Part shown: piece by piece, positions 21,330 to 35,032 of the stretch
How the letters are laid out: every line of letters starts with the position of its first letter
Position numbering within the stretch: the first letter of the stretch is position 1
Origin: Obrimoposthia wandeli
Lineage: Eukaryota
Direction of reading: 5' to 3'
NCBI GenBank assembly: GCA_977020255.1
Contig: CDROCS010001811.1
Location: 62,001-126,000 of the forward strand
DNA length: 64,000 bases
Made by a program: the position numbers and the translations under genes
Notes under the pieces: generated by a model
Databases searched by the model: none
What the model was told of the DNA's origin: nothing
The model's input: the letters and a program-made list of their open reading frames with translations, nothing else

Positions 21330-23860
21330 TATTTAGAAATGGTTGTCTAACATTAGAAAAAAGAACACAAATAAGTACAAAAATAAATCAAACCACTCAA
21401 ACACAAGATACAAAATCGAAAAATAAAAATAAACGATAAACACCAAAAAATAGTAAAAAGTCAACTCTTAAAAATACATATAATTTTAACAAAATCATCC
21501 AGAATTTATGGAAAATAATTCAAATAATATTTATGATATGTATAATTACAAATATAATAAAACCAGTTAATGCCCTGGAAGCGTATGATTGCTCAAAATA
21601 TAGTATTCAAAATAAATATTTCTTAATGGATTTACAACAATGTGCTGATGCCGACCCAAACGAAGTAAAAATCAAAACCACCAAGTTATTCCATGTATAC
21701 CAGGAAACAGATTTCATAAATACAGAAGTTTTCGAGTGTAGGGTACACGTAGAAACATTCATAACATATTGCAGACAACACAGCCATAACTCAATTGTCA
21801 AACCTGCACTAGGAAAAATACCAATAATTGTCGATGCACTAAATTGTAAGGACGCTTTTGCAGGAAACAGAAGAAGTTGCATTGATGAGATTAAGACAAC
21901 AAGAAATAGATAATCGCTACAAAGAAACACATCAGCAATACCAAAACAATGAGCAAAACACAAATAGTACCAACTCTCAATCCGAATTCGGAGAAATATT
22001 TAGAAATGGTTGTCTAACATTAGAAAAAAGAACACAAATAAGTACAAAAATAAATCAAACCACTCAAACACAAGATACAAAATCGAAAAATAAAAATAAA
22101 CGATAAACACCAAAAAATAGTAAAAAGTCAACTCTTAAAAATACATATAATTTTAACAAAATCATCCAGAATTTATGGAAAATAATTCAAATAATATTTA
22201 TGATATGTATAATTACAAATATAATAAAACCAGTTAATGCCCTGGAAGCGTATGATTGCTCAAAATATAGTATTCAAAATAAATATTTCTTAATGGATTT
22301 ACAACAATGTGCTGATGCCGACCCAAACGAAGTAAAAATCAAAACCACCAAGTTATTCCATGTATACCAGGAAACAGATTTCATAAATACAGAAGTTTTC
22401 GAGTGTAACACGTAGAAAGATTCATAACATATTGCAGACAACACAGCCATAACTCAATTGTCAAACCTGCACTAGGAAAAATACCAATAATTGTCGATGC
22501 ACTAAATTGTAAGGACGCTTTTGCAGGAAACAGAAGAAGTTGCATTGATGAGATTAAGACAACAAGAAATAGATAATCGCTACAAAGAAACACATCAGCA
22601 ATACCAAAACAATGAGCAAAACACAAATAGTACCAACTCTCAATCCGAATTCGGAGAAATATTTAGAAATGGTTGTCTAACATTAGAAAAAAGAACACAA
22701 ATAAGTACAAAAATAAATCAAACCACTCAAACACAAGATACAAAATCGAAAAATAAACGATAAACGATAAACACCAAAAAATAGTAAAAAGTCAACTCTT
22801 AAAAATACATATAATTTTAACAAAATCATCCAGAATTTATGGAAAATAATTCAAATAATATTTATGATATGTATAATTACAAATATAATAAAACCAGTTA
22901 ATGCCCTGGAAGCGTATGATTGCTCAAAATATAGTATTCAAAATAAATATTTCTTAATGGATTTACAACAATGTGCTGATGCCGACCCAAACGAAGTAAA
23001 AATCAAAACCACCAAGTTATTCCATGTATACCAGGAAACAGATTTCATAAATACAGAAGTTTTCGAGTGTAGGGTACACGTAGAAACATTCATAACATAT
23101 TGCAGACAACACAGCCATAACTCAATTGTCAAACCTGCACTAGGAAAAATACCAATAATTGTCGATGCACTAAATTGTAAGGACGCTTTTGCAGGAAACA
23201 GAAGAAGTTGCATTGATGAGATTAAGACAACAAGAAATAGATAATCGCTACAAAGAAACACATCAGCAATACCAAAACAATGAGCAAAACACAAATAGTA
23301 CCAACTCTCAATCCGAATTCGGAGAAATATTTAGAAATGGTTGTCTAACATTAGAAAAAAGAACACAAATAAGTACAAAAATAAATCAAACCACTCAAAC
23401 ACAAGATACAAAATCGAAAAATAAAAATAAACGATAAACACCAAAAAATAGTAAAAAGTCAACTCTTAAAAATACATATAATTTTAACAAAATCATCCAG
23501 AATTTATGGAAAATAATTCAAATAATATTTATGATATGTATAATTACAAATATAATAAAACCAGTTAATGCCCTGGAAGCGTATGATTGCTCAAAATATA
23601 GTATTCAAAATAAATATTTCTTAATGGATTTACAACAATGTGCTGATGCCGACCCAAACGAAGTAAAAATCAAAACCACCAAGTTATTCCATGTATACCA
23701 GGAAACAGATTTCATAAATACAGAAGTTTTCGAGTGTAGGGTACACGTAGAAACATTCATAACATATTGCAGACAACACAGCCATAACTCAATTGTCAAA
23801 CCTGCACTAGGAAAATTACCAATAATTGTCGATGCACTAAATTGTAAGGACGCTTTTGCA
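21194..23860 (+). repeat. Tandem amplification of a ~667-bp gag-end/env-start unit (4 copies)
   Basis: The env start MICIITNII recurs at 21533, 22200, 22864 and 23531. Three copies jump from env GCTTTTGCA back to gag GGAAACAGAAGAAG. Confidence 0.95.
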
Positions 23861-25400
23861 ACAGGAGAACTAAGAATAGATAGAGAAATTAAAGTACGAG
23901 CAGTAAAAAATAAAATTATACAACAAATGATTACAGTAGTAGGAACAATAAAATCTGACGGCGCATGTACAACAGGCACATACGTTGTGATGGGAGTCAA
24001 ACAAAGTGGCTTAGTAGTTATAAAAAACTTTGAAGTAGAACTAAGAACGTTCAAAGCAACATTTGACCCATCTACAAATAATATGGTAACTATGCCATTT
24101 TGCGAAGAAAATATAGGTCATTGCAATACAGGATCCTCAATTTTATATTATAAGGTAAAAACAGACCAATGTAAATTAATACTCCTAAAATCTGAAATTT
24201 TTCAAATAATTCAAGGTCAAAGATTTAAAGATGACCCGGAACTTGATCAAAGAGTGCCAAAAGATATACATAAAAAATATAGGACAAGAAAAATTCAAAA
24301 AACATCAACCCCAACTATTTTAATGTCAACAGAACAAGGTTCTGGAATGCGATTTATTAAAAAGAAAAAGGAATCCCGATGTGGACACTCTATTTATACA
24401 ACTAATTATAAAGGAATATATTTAAGTAAAGAAAAAATATATAATGCAAAAACGACACCAACAAAATTTGACATAAAAAATTACGATTATTTTAATAATA
24501 AATTACATTTTTTTATCACAAAGGATTAATGACAATAGAAGCAATTTATAGAGAAACGATAATGAATGACTGTAAATTAAACCAAGATATTTTGAAAACA
24601 AAATTGGCAATTATTGCTACAAATCCAGAATTAATAACACCATTATTACCGCTAGCTGATGGTACTTTTGGAAGAATAATGGGAGAAGTGCTATATACTT
24701 ATCAATGTAAAAAAGTAATAGTTAATATAAGAAATCATAATAAATGCACTAAAGAATTACCAATTTCATACAAAAATCATTCATTATTCGTAGAACCAAT
24801 CACCAGAATAAACTTTTTAATACATACAGTATAAAGGAAATTAATTGCTCAAACATAATGGCACCTCATTATCAAATCTCAAAAGATATTTGGATATCAC
24901 TCCCAAGAAGAGACATAGTTGCTCAACCATTAAAATTACAATTAACCGACCTCAATAACGACATAGAAATAAAATCAGACAATGAACTAAATACAAAAGG
25001 TATATACATACAAGAAGATATAGATAAATTAAGAAAATAAATTTTATTTCCTCAAATTAGATCACGAATTTTAACACAAATTATTGAAAGATCAGTACCA
25101 GACGGAATTGGCCGTCCTGATTACGATTTATTACTTTCTCCAAATCATTTTATAAAAGCTACACAAAATACAATGTCAAAAATATGTGGAAAATTTTTAA
25201 TTTTTGGTCAAGCATTTTCTGGACTTGTGGGAATATATGCATTGCTAATATGTTTTAAGATCCTTTTGAGTCAAATTTTATCTACATATTACATTTATAA
25301 AGTTGGTGGATTGACATGAAAACTAATTTTGGGATGTTTTCCATTTTTAGCAAAATTTCTTATATTTAACCATCATCAGAATACAGTGAATACAGTATAT
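23531..25400 (+). pseudogene. env: Envelope glycoprotein, chuvirus/class III fusogen-like, frameshifted
   Basis: Signal peptide followed by AYDC...LMDLQQC, YCRQHSH and multiple spaced cysteines. Continues through ORFs 24529 and 24858 to a hydrophobic TM-like segment (FLIFGQAFSGLVGIYALLICF) near 25200. Confidence 0.75.
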
Positions 25401-27689
25401 TTATTTTAACTAATTTCCCAAATGTCAAGGTTTTTAATATCTTTTCTATTCCCATTTAGTGCCCGGGTTTTCATGGTGGGGCTTTTGATTTAGATTAGAA
25501 AATCTTAATGGGGTTTAATTTATAAGATTTATTCCCACTTTAGTTTCAACAGGTAACCCGTAGTAGGTGTGTTTGCTTGTTAGTATTGCAAAGTTTTATG
25601 TACTTCTTATACTATAGGACTTTTTGAACTAAAGGGGCAATCTTAATGAGTTATATTGTGGGCCATTAAATAACATTTTAATAAGTATTTTAGTATAAAC
25701 TTTATGCATAACTTAAGCAATTTTTATTTATTTGCTTTATATTTTTGAGGATAGTTTTTTAAATATTTGGTACTTTACTGTTCTTTTAAATTTAACTCCA
25801 ACAATCAACAGACCAATAATAAAAATTAAAATGCAAAAACGAAATACAACTCAAAATTCAATCTATTTACATAAACTTTACGGACCCCCAGATCCAATAA
25901 TGACATCTATAATAACAAATTCATTTAATACATCAAAAATACAGTAATTAAAAATCACATAAAGGAAAGAGAGAATTCTCTCTGAGTTAAGCTCAAAAAC
26001 AAAAACAATAATTCATGTAAAAAATAACTTAATGAATGTAAAATAAAAAATTGAAGCAAAAATAATAAACTTGAGTAAACAAAAATGTGTGAGAGATACG
26101 TGTATAACAAACTAAAAGTAAATATTGTCCAAAAACATAAAGCTGAGATCACAGTTAAAACATAAATAGATTGAATGTGAACAATTGAACAATGCATTTA
26201 TTGCGGCAATAAAGTGATTAGAGTATAGTGAGACAAGAAGTGAATTCTTAGCTCAAGGACTAGAATCAGCTTTAATTTCTTTAGCCTAATAGTAAGTATT
26301 CACATGAAGTAGTTAACAAATTAAAAAAGCTGTGAACAGAGTAATAATAATTAAATTATATAAAATGACACAATACAGAAAATGAAGACAGTAAAAATAG
26401 TAATAATAGTAATATCAAATAATAATATAATTCTCGTAGTTAAATGATTTTTTGTTTGAAAATTACTCTATTTATATTGAAAACGTTTTACTTTTACTGT
26501 CTGACTACGTAACGTAAAAAAATATTATGAATCCTTTTATTTTTTTTTAAATTACAAAAGAAGTTACATTTGCATGAACACTGAAATTTTAATTCTAATT
26601 ATGTGCCATATTCTAAGAACCATTCATAGTGTAGTAAAACATATTTCAATTTTTTAGCTTACGAATGTAGTGTGTATTATTACTATTTATAAAATTTCTT
26701 CAATTTAAGTTTGAATATAAAAAGTAACCGTCATTTAATTATCACACTTTTATGATTTTAATACTTCAACGTCAGAAGTCTGACTTTGTTTCTCTCATAG
26801 TATTGTTGGGAATTGGGCTTTTATCTTCTGCTTCTTTTTATTAATATTTCTTTTTGTAGAATGTAATTGGATTAAACATATTTCAAATTTATATAAATAG
26901 GTTCAACTTCATTTATCATTTCATTATTTAAAAATTGAATTCCCTCAAATGAAGAATCTCGTTACAAAGATAGAGGATAATATCCAAAAGAATACAAAGG
27001 CAGAAGATTTAAAATCAAAAATTTTATGCTGCTGTCGCAACGGACTGGAATCAAAAAGTAAAAAAGATACAGGACAGGCGACTGGCTGAACGAAGAAGAG
27101 TCCTGCACCATATTAAGAATATGGAGTTAGAGAATAGGTAACTAGCAGAAACAACAATGGTGGAGATGGGGGATAAACGTAGAGCTGATAGAAAAAGGAT
27201 CCTCCAAATTCAACCAGACGAAGGACTTTCTCATAAAAAATTAAATCTTTTGAGTTTATTCATTCGTTGCCATTATTTATCGTTGGCTTTTTTTAAAATT
27301 CTGTTATTGACTAAATATTTGAAACAACCATACTAAATATAAACAATTTTATATATGAGGTTTCTATAAGATGGATGATAAAATAAATTGGAAAAAATTA
27401 AATATTAACTTATCTCCTGATTTACTTGAAGAATATGAAGAAAAAAATTCAAAAAATAATACCCTAGAAATTGTTGCAGATAAAATATGCAATTTACTTT
27501 TGAAATATTTAGGTACGATTACATTTTATATGATTTATTTTAATATTCATAGGAGAATTGAAAATATATTCCAATGTTAACGAGAAAAAGGAAATCTGGA
27601 GAATTTTAATATTTTAACAAATTTTGATTATTGGTTTCTTTTTTAATTTGTTATAAACAAAAACAGTTACGTTATATTTGGGTAATTAT

Positions 27690-29330
27690 GTATGAATATT
27701 TTATTGACTTTGAGGCTTTCATTAATAAAGATGGAGACTATATTTTAAAATAATTATGTATTATGGATATATGCGACATTTTCATCCTTTACATTTTATA
27801 TTTCATGTAGATATCCCGTATAGATCTTTAGATTAAAAGAATAAATTTACTATTTTCTATCGCACTAAATTTTTTTATTTATTAAAATGGAAAGAAGGAA
27901 ATAAATATTTTTGTGAAATTTGTATTTTCGATAGAATTAAATAAAATTTTGATATTGAAAAGGATATTTTTATGTTTTAGATAAAATGAAGGGCAGAAAG
28001 TAAAAGACAGAAAATATATTTTCCAAAATTGAGATTGAACATTTTTAATATTTTACATGATTATCAATGGAAAATTTCAAGAAATATTTTCTGTTCATAT
28101 CGTGATCATGGTGAACATTTAAAAAGTGTATAAGTCTAACCTACCTGACATGCATATAAAAATCCTTCTAATTGGAGGAATAAAATCAATAAAAATATAT
28201 TTTCAGCCATGTGTGTAAATTTTAGTATATAAGCTCTCACTTTTTTCATTTCAATCCACGATTTTTGAAATTATGAATATGGTAAGAAACTTATATGTAT
28301 TTATTCTTTATTATTTTTTTAAAATTTTTAGATTACATGCAACTTGTTCCCAGCGTATTGGGGTGCTTCAGCCCAGTCATGGAGGAGAAACATAGCATAC
28401 GACAATGTCCGCTTACTATCAGACATTGTCTTATGGGAATGTTTATTACATCTGCCAGTTCTGCAGAATGATGGAGGACATGGAGTATCCGGTAAAATTT
28501 AAAAAAAAAAAGTTTAGCTATTATCTATCAAATATTCACAAACCAGATTTTCAATATCTTAAACAGAAAGTTGAAAACGCAGTTCCAAGTTTTACATTCA
28601 ATAAAAACGAATTTTATATCCAAGGAGCTGATGCAGCATTTTTAGATGATTATGCAAGAGAAATAGATGTTTATGGGTTTCCGAAAAAGAAGCAATGGAC
28701 TGTAACAATGCGGCTTTATGGTCACTAGAAGTATGAAATTGAAACAAAGCTACATATGTGGAAAATTGAACGTGCTCATATTCATATGTTTTAACTAATT
28801 CTTTTCTTTGCTTTATTTTTACCATGTTTATTTCATTTGTATATTTCTGTATGCAATAAATTATAAACAGTTTTTTTAAACTTGTATCTTATTTAAATAT
28901 ATATATTTTATAAACATTGGTTTTTTGATCAGTTTCTTTATTTTAGAAAGGATCCTCTTCTGAGATATGTAGGAAATCTTTATTATTTTTACAAAAGAAA
29001 TTCTTTCCAGATTGGAACTGATCCCATTCTGGTTTTTAGAGATTACCTATATTATTTGATTGCTTTTATTTTAGATGAAGAACTATGAAATATTTCAATA
29101 CGACTCAATGGATATTATGCTGTTGATGGGAAAATACAGGCTTTTTTTTCTTTGAGTGAAGCTAATATGGTGTTTTATATTTGGTTTTAATAAATGTATT
29201 GAAATGAATTTATTTCTCTTGTTTTTAATCTTTAAAAATATATAAAATATATATATCTGACCTACATATTTTGACTTTCTAACACATAAAATATGTAGTA
29301 ATTTATTCATCTAAAATCTGTGTTTAGATG
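27690..29330 (+). mobile_element. Decayed Polinton relic: DEDD-like gene, TATA promoter, Zn-finger/unknown-domain gene and a downstream gene
   Basis: YFIDFEAF...LCIMDI resembles ORF 7925. TATATAAG at 28226, ATG|GT intron 28282-28331, ORF 28405. 28490-29330 is homologous to the reverse complement of ~54290-55200. Confidence 0.75.
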
Positions 29331-30782
29331 TATTTCTAACAGGCATAAAACAATAGTCATATATTCATAGAAAAGTATTATCTGAAATCGCGTTTACGAT
29401 TCATATGATTTTATTTAATTACTTGCATGGAAAATTCTTGCACACATGCATGAAATTTCACTCCACATACATGTAAGGTTTTAAAGGACAGTGGTATCCC
29501 TCCAGGGAGAGGGGTGGATTAGACCAGACACATGTATCTACTAACTTTCCTCACTGTAACTTCTCAGATACTAATCACTATTATTTTTCTTATACTGGTT
29601 ATGTAAGAATAGGTTAAAAATTTCATATTTAAAGAATACATTGCATTATTGACTAATTCGGTATAATTTTCTTTAAAAATATTTAATTTGGGTTATGTTT
29701 TAAGGTTATGAAGACATTTTCATCATTCAACATCAGTTTTATTCCTGGTCTTGATTAATTATACGGTGTCGTATAAGGTTATTCAAAAGAGAATATAACC
29801 AATCTCATTTCTTAAACTTTCAAATAGCATGAAATATATCTTATTAATTCCTTAACCCATTTTAGGCATTATTTTATTTTCTGAACTCTCCTAAATTACA
29901 TAAATCTGTCTCTCCTAAATAGACCGTAATACATAAATCTCTCTTCTTCTACTTTCCATCGCCTCATACTCAATAAAATTCCACATTTGAAATATCATGC
30001 CTAGCCTTGGGGATGATCATTGATCAATGGCTGGTTAATGAGATGGATTCAGATGATATGCTTGAATATGAAAATATTGGCTTTAGAAATAGTCTTAGGA
30101 CATTAGCTAAATATAGATAATTTCGGTTTAACTTCAATTGGGACAATCAATCTACGATTATCTTTTAAGATTAATTTTGATCAATGAAGAAGTATTTTCC
30201 TGAACTTTCTATGTTATTTTTCTAATTATTGATAGAAATTTCAATATTTATTCAATCAGATGATTCGTGAATTTGAAACAATGGATGAAAATGATAACCA
30301 AGCTTAGTATGGATAGATATGCCTCAATTTATTATAACTATTTGATTCTTTTTCACTAAATTATTCACACTCTTATAAAATTTCCAATATTTCCTTTTGA
30401 ATGAGAATAAGTAGTAATTAATAATTTCCATTCTCGAATATTACAAACAAACTCTTTTTAAATATTATTTCTTCTCATATATAACAGAAAAACCGCGTAT
30501 AATTTCTCTTGTTTTCCTAATTTTCTCACATATATTAAGTCCAAGTTATCACTTTTAAGGCAGATATAAGCTCTAATTTATTCTAATTTTCACTTATTAT
30601 ACATAGCAGATTCAATTTTTTCGATATTTTTCTGAAATCAATAGTCATTATTCATTTGATAATTATGAATAATAATAAAGAAGATTGAGCACTATTGATT
30701 CCGGAAGCCATTTATATGCTAATATGAACCAAAGCAGAAATAATTATAGGGAGTGCCCTACTAAACAAACTCTTAATAGTAG

Positions 30783-32189
30783 TGTTGAGGCTAGGCAATT
30801 AAAAAATGAATAAATAAGTTATTTATAGTGAGAATTAACCTTAAAATAATGAAAGTTAAGCAAATGAAATAAATAAAATAATTGTATAATTAATTAAAAG
30901 TTTATAAATAAATGAAAGTTTAAATAAGGACATTAAAGAGGTCAGAAAAAGTGTGTGGAAATTGGATGGAAATGTGAGGAAGGGCTGAGAAATTTAGAAT
31001 TGTGAAAAATTGTTGAAAGGTAGAATCCGGTCTATAAACAGAAATTCCAGTTCTATTACAAGTCTGATTGACAGAACCAAGTCAGAAATTCCAATCCTAA
31101 TCGTAAGTAACAATTCTCCCCGCAGTGGGACATCTGGCCTGTTACATTCCGGAGCTACAAAGGTAAAATCATATCAAATATAAATAATTCGCCTGCACGA
31201 CAGAAAATCTGAACAGACGACTGTTACATATCCAATCGTGTAAGCAGCAAAAACAACAAACCCGACGAGACAGACGCGAATATAGCGATTTGGAGCCTGT
31301 CACAGCAAAGGCAACTGCAGGCATCGCGGAGAAACAACTAGGAATTCCAAGAGAATAGGACTACAAGGAAGGCACAGGAATCGTGACCGATCAAGTGAAA
31401 ACCGCCGGGGCAAATCGTACAAGACCAGAAATTCCGGATCAGCAACTAGAGTATCGGATCTAACACGGACAGAAGGAATTGGCACAAATCGATGAGTGAA
31501 GTAAAGTAGCGTGATTTCTCATAACAAAGTTGAAGTAAAGTAGTGTGAATTGTGAATATTGTAAACGTAAAGTTATAATTGTAAAATTATAAGTGATAAA
31601 ACCTCGTAAAAATATATTGATAAAGTTACATTAGTAAAATTACTTAACAGAACTGAGGGAATAAAAGTGTCACCCGAATTATCGGAATTTTCATAGTGTT
31701 ACCATTTTTTAATTATATATCCTAAAATTTAGTGAAAATAAAGTAATAATTAGATAGACACACGAATTTCGTTTTGAAAGAAAGTATTCTACACGAGAGG
31801 CAGCCCACTAACATATAGGCTAGCTGTAAGATAAATCACGTTGCAGTGTTCCAAGCTCTGAGAATTCAGAGGAGCATAGTTAGCATTGTTTGGCTACGGC
31901 TCTGTTCATTTATTTTAGGTCTTGGTTTTACCAGACCTTGTTTCGAACTAAACTTGAAAGCAACGGTTAACCGAGTAAGCTCACATCACACAACACTAGT
32001 TTTAGGGTCCCTCCTAGTTAGCCTGGAACACACCACAAACAATAAGACATAAAAACCTTCAGATTTGAGACTAGAATTAAATCAGATAAGAATAGGTAGG
32101 CCACAAGAATCAGTAAGCCCTATCGCTACAGAACTCACGTTGGGGACCGCCATACGAGGATCTAAGAGTTTCTATTAGAAACCTCAACA
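30783..32189 (+). mobile_element. Solo-LTR-like element (~1.4 kb)
   Basis: Termini TGTTGAGG...CCTCAACA, internal TATAAA followed by CAGTT, and a diverged second copy at 59887-61415. No TSD recognised. Confidence 0.7.
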
Positions 32190-33179
32190 ACATCATGAGT
32201 ACTGAAAGAGAACCATTTAATAATATATATTGACTCATGCATGACTTAAACCCTATAAGTAACTATTTGCAACATTGTTTTTTACATTCTTAAACAATAT
32301 ACAATGTAACTACGAAATCAATAATATATTGGAAATAAAGACCCTCACACTTACCCTTAAAATAATTAATCCTAATTTATCTTATTTTCTCTATAGAACC
32401 CATGTATATCGATTAAACCCAGCTTCTCAATAAATCACTTTAGGATAGAATTAGCCATTTTCCTATAATTGATGAAAAATATTTAATTTTGGTTTAACAT
32501 TTATTTATATCATGCACGGATTTTCATTATGTGGCCGGGATAAATATACTTCATTTGTATAAGTTTCTTTAGAAAGTGTATTTTAAGTCTTGTAGTAAGC
32601 TACTGTATGGCTTTATGACGTAATATTGATAAAGAAAATTATTGTGATTTATCATCGAGATTATAGTCAATAATAGTCTTATCTTTCAAGTATTCTATCG
32701 ATAAAGTGTAATGAGATAAATATTTACTTTTTCAAAAATGTGTATCTTTGGATATATTAAAATATTCAATAAATATATTTAAAATGCTTATAGATAGAAA
32801 TAATAAATAAATTATTCCAATATAAACAATAAATTTATCAGTATATTTTAAAATGTATTGAATATTATACTTAATAATTAAATAAATATTTCCAATTATA
32901 GTATTGATATTATAAATATTTTTACTTGTATAATTATTAGATAAATTCTATTAATCATCAAATTTAAATATCTTATTTAAATATTCAAATAATTTTTTTA
33001 AACAATTAGCTTTAAATTAAAACTTTTTTTGATTTAATTAATATTTTTTAAATTTGAAATCATTGAAAACAATATGGTCAGTATTTTTTAAACTTTTTAA
33101 CTTTTTAGATAAGTAATGAATGGATTTTATATTTCAGGTAATTTTTTTTATTTTTTATTATAACAAATATTTAATTTAG

Positions 33180-33560
33180 ATGAAGAAAAGATGAAGGGAA
33201 TGATGATGGTGAAGACATTATGAAGGATGAAGGATCATGCAAATGAAGAGTATGGTGATATCATAATGAAGGATGATGAGGGTGAAGATGATATTATGAT
33301 TATGAAGAAAATGATGTTGGTTAAGACAAGATGAAGGATGAAGTATTGTTATGAAGATATTATGAAGACATGATGAAAAATGATGATAATGATTATAAAG
33401 GATAATAATCATGAAGATGAAGATTATGCTGATATTTTGATGAAGGATGATGAAAACTATGGAGGTGGTGATGAATATATGATGAAGATCAGATGATGGA
33501 TTATGAAAATGAAGGAAGACAATATTATATTAATGAAGAAGATTAAGATCAGCTGATGAA
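33180..33560 (+). repeat. GAT/GAA low-complexity tract (decayed acidic coding sequence)
   Basis: Dense GATGAA repeats broken by frameshifts and stops. Confidence 0.7.
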
Positions 33561-34579
33561 TGTGGATTTATTCAATAAATGTTTTTTCACTTTACTATCT
33601 TATCTTCCAATAAATGTTTTACATCACTAATGTATATCTTAATGTCTTGTAAGCATACATTTCAAACTTTTATCGTAATAATATCGATGGTGTTCATTCT
33701 TCCATTGGATTATCATCGATGGTGTTAATCAACATATGCCCACACAAACTTCTTCTATTTTACCATAATTTAGTAAACCTCTTTTAATTGACCATAGTTT
33801 GAAACTTCATCTTATGTACCGTAGTTTTAAGTTAAATACAATCATATTGCAACTTTTTGCAAAATATGTGCAACTTTTGCAAGTTATGTGTAATAAATGT
33901 GTATTCTAAAATTTTAATAAACATTTTCTACTCACTAATAAAAGTGGTTGGAAATTTTTAAAATAAATTTTGGAAAAAATTTCTTATACTAAATATTTTT
34001 GCTCGCAAAAGTTTTGAATTTGTCTCCATCAAAATTGTTGTATTTAAACAAAACACTCTTTTAAAATAGTCGTGTAAAAAATAATGTTCACTTTAATTGA
34101 GAATGACTTTCAGAAATCGTCCGAAAACAACTGAAACCAGCCAAAATTTGAATACGCGCCCCGCAAAATTGATGCTTTTAAACAAAAACGAACCCTTACA
34201 TTAATCCCGGTTTCATGGATAATTGAAAATTTTTATGTGTGCCTTTATAAACAAAATCAAACATAATTTACCATTATCCGACTTTTTATCTCCTTTAACT
34301 TAGGAGGGAATAAAAATCAATCATGCCTAAATATAAAAAAACATAAAGAGCATAAAATGAAGTGTAAAATAATCACAACACTGACTATATTATTGGTTTA
34401 AAAAATCTCTATAATACACTATAATATATACATATGTTAATTCAATAAACATATGTGACATTTTACAGCACAGAATATTTACTGAGATTTAACATTGTAA
34501 AACTATTAACAATATCGATTATTCTATATTTATGTCAGCCAATAGAAATTGAGTTTAGTGAAAAAAATACACTGTGACA

Positions 34580-35032
34580 ATGAATTTAAATATACAGTTC
34601 CTCACAGAAGAAATTAATCAACATTTTGAAATACAAACTACTGTTCAACAATTGATCGAGTTTGCCAGAAACTATTTTAAATTGCCACCTGATGAGGAGA
34701 TTTATATAAGTCATAACCGAGCTGTTCTATACGAGTCAAAATCTTTAAACAAAATAAGCAATCTCCAAAATGGCGATACTTTGACAGTATCTTTGATGCT
34801 TGTGAAGAAAGGTAATCGGTTGAATATTGAAGTTCAAATCCAGCAAAGGATTATAAAGAAGTTAGTTACTGATGACATAAAGGTGGACGAACTGAAGAAT
34901 TATCTCTCCACTGTAACCAAACTCAGCACGGAAGCATTGACGATCAAATATGGCGATCAATTACTTGAAGCTGACAGACCACTTAAATTTTATAATATTA
35001 CAAACAAATCCAAACTGATTATTCCATATATG
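34580..35032 (+). CDS. Gene A exon 1: two tandem Ubl domains
   Basis: Two beta-grasp-like repeats (…KSLNKISNLQNGDTLTV…; …IKYGDQLLEADRPLKFYNITNKSKL). Donor ATG|GTAATA. Paralogous to 62805-63272. Confidence 0.8.
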
